Source: Actinomycetota bacterium (GTDB lineage: Bacteria > Actinomycetota > Actinomycetes > Actinomycetales > Microbacteriaceae). From it: a DNA stretch of 43,177 nucleotides. The notes beneath the pieces were generated by a model. The model searched no databases. It was not told where the DNA came from and saw only the letters and a program-made list of their open reading frames with translations. Both the position numbers and the translations under genes were made by a program. How positions within the stretch are numbered: the first letter of the stretch is position 1; each line of letters opens with the position of its first letter. Positions 42,465 to 43,177 of this stretch are shown here, piece by piece. The stretch is from positions 1 through 43,177 of the forward strand of contig JBJTOG010000036.1 of assembly GCA_046074425.1 (NCBI GenBank), written 5' to 3'.

Positions 42465-43177
42465 TAGTCGTTGAAAGATCTGAGCACTTCGGGAATTGAG
42501 TTCAGGTAGGACTGCAGATTACGTTTTGTCTCGGAAACCGAGTCACCGCCAAATTTTTCGAGCATGGCGTCGGCAACAACGAGCGAAACCATTGCTTCAG
42601 CAACGATACCCGCGGCTGGAACGGCGCAAACATCAGATCTTTGATGATGTGCTTTAGCTGATTCGCCTGTTTGAACGTCGATTGTTGCCAACGCCTTTGG
42701 AACTGTTGATATTGGTTTCATGGCCGCGCGCACTCTAAGAATCTCGCCTGTTGACATGCCGCCTTCGATTCCCCCAGCCCGACCACTCAATCGTCGAACG
42801 ACACCATTTTCATCGCGCTCAATTTCATCGTGGGCGAGCGATCCTCGCCTCTTTGCGGTTTCAAAGCCATCACCTATTTCAACCCCTTTTATGGCTTGAA
42901 TTCCCATAAGCGCTGCTGCTAGCCGAGAATCGAGCCTGCGGTCCCAGTGCACATAAGATCCAATTCCAGGAGGTAGGCCATAAACCAAGGTTTCAACTAC
43001 TCCACCGAGGGTGTCCCCATTTTTATGGGCATCATCAATTTCGGAAATCATCAGTTTTGCAGAGGCTTCGTCAAAACATCGAATCGGATTTTCATCCAAT
43101 GGATCCCGATCTTGAGGGGTTGGCAATTTATTTGAGTGGTTAAAGATGGGCCCGATGGCAACTGTGTGGGTTACCAG
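42464..43177 (-). CDS. aroC: Chorismate synthase, C-terminal part (5' end outside window)
   Basis: [42 protein letters not shown]; the frame is open to the window edge ([11 protein letters not shown]...). Confidence 0.96.
   Translation of the reverse strand: MVTHTVAIGPIFNHSNKLPTPQDRDPLDENPIRCFDEASAKLMISEIDDAHKNGDTLGGVVETLVYGLPPGIGSYVHWDRRLDSRLAAALMGIQAIKGVEIGDGFETAKRRGSLAHDEIERDENGVVRRLSGRAGGIEGGMSTGEILRVRAAMKPISTVPKALATIDVQTGESAKAHHQRSDVCAVPAAGIVAEAMVSLVVADAMLEKFGGDSVSETKRNLQSYLNSIPEVLRSFND

Noticed and set aside
1-43177. CRISPR arrays, IS elements, prophage, defence or other novel multi-gene system
   Set aside because: All sequence beyond position 133 is accounted for by conserved housekeeping genes with very short spacers; I saw no repeat arrays, recombinases or unexplained long ORFs.

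Overview
Almost entirely core-genome housekeeping DNA from a streamlined, roughly 50% GC actinobacterium. Gene order and protein style fit Microbacteriaceae, probably a freshwater Aquiluna/Rhodoluna-like lineage (inference from synteny and compactness). About 36 tightly packed minus-strand genes run aroC-aroK-aroB-aroQ-efp-nusB-pyrR-pyrB-pyrC-orf-carA-carB-pyrF-gmk-rpoZ-coaBC-metK-priA-fmt-rsmB-rpe-hisE-hisG-hisF-hisI-trpE-orf-orf-trpC-trpB-trpA-lgt-gltB-gltD-pyk-ANTAR regulator-polA-rpsA-coaE-uvrB. Only tRNA-Leu(CAA) and a hotdog thioesterase lie on the + strand. I found no mobile element, CRISPR array, defence system or novel multi-gene system. The notable points are small-scale. (1) uvrB breaks after about 260 codons and is fused in frame to a 70% GC foreign fragment with its own RBS and signal peptide, most likely a contig-end chimera. 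(2) trpC has no canonical start and appears to begin at CTG. (3) The tRNA-Leu 5' leader is complementary to its own CCA end and trailer. (4) At least seven genes show leaderless TANNNT promoters, several written into the stop or last codons of the upstream gene. (5) A PyrR-binding hairpin covers the pyrR RBS, and rpsA and gltB have structured leaders.
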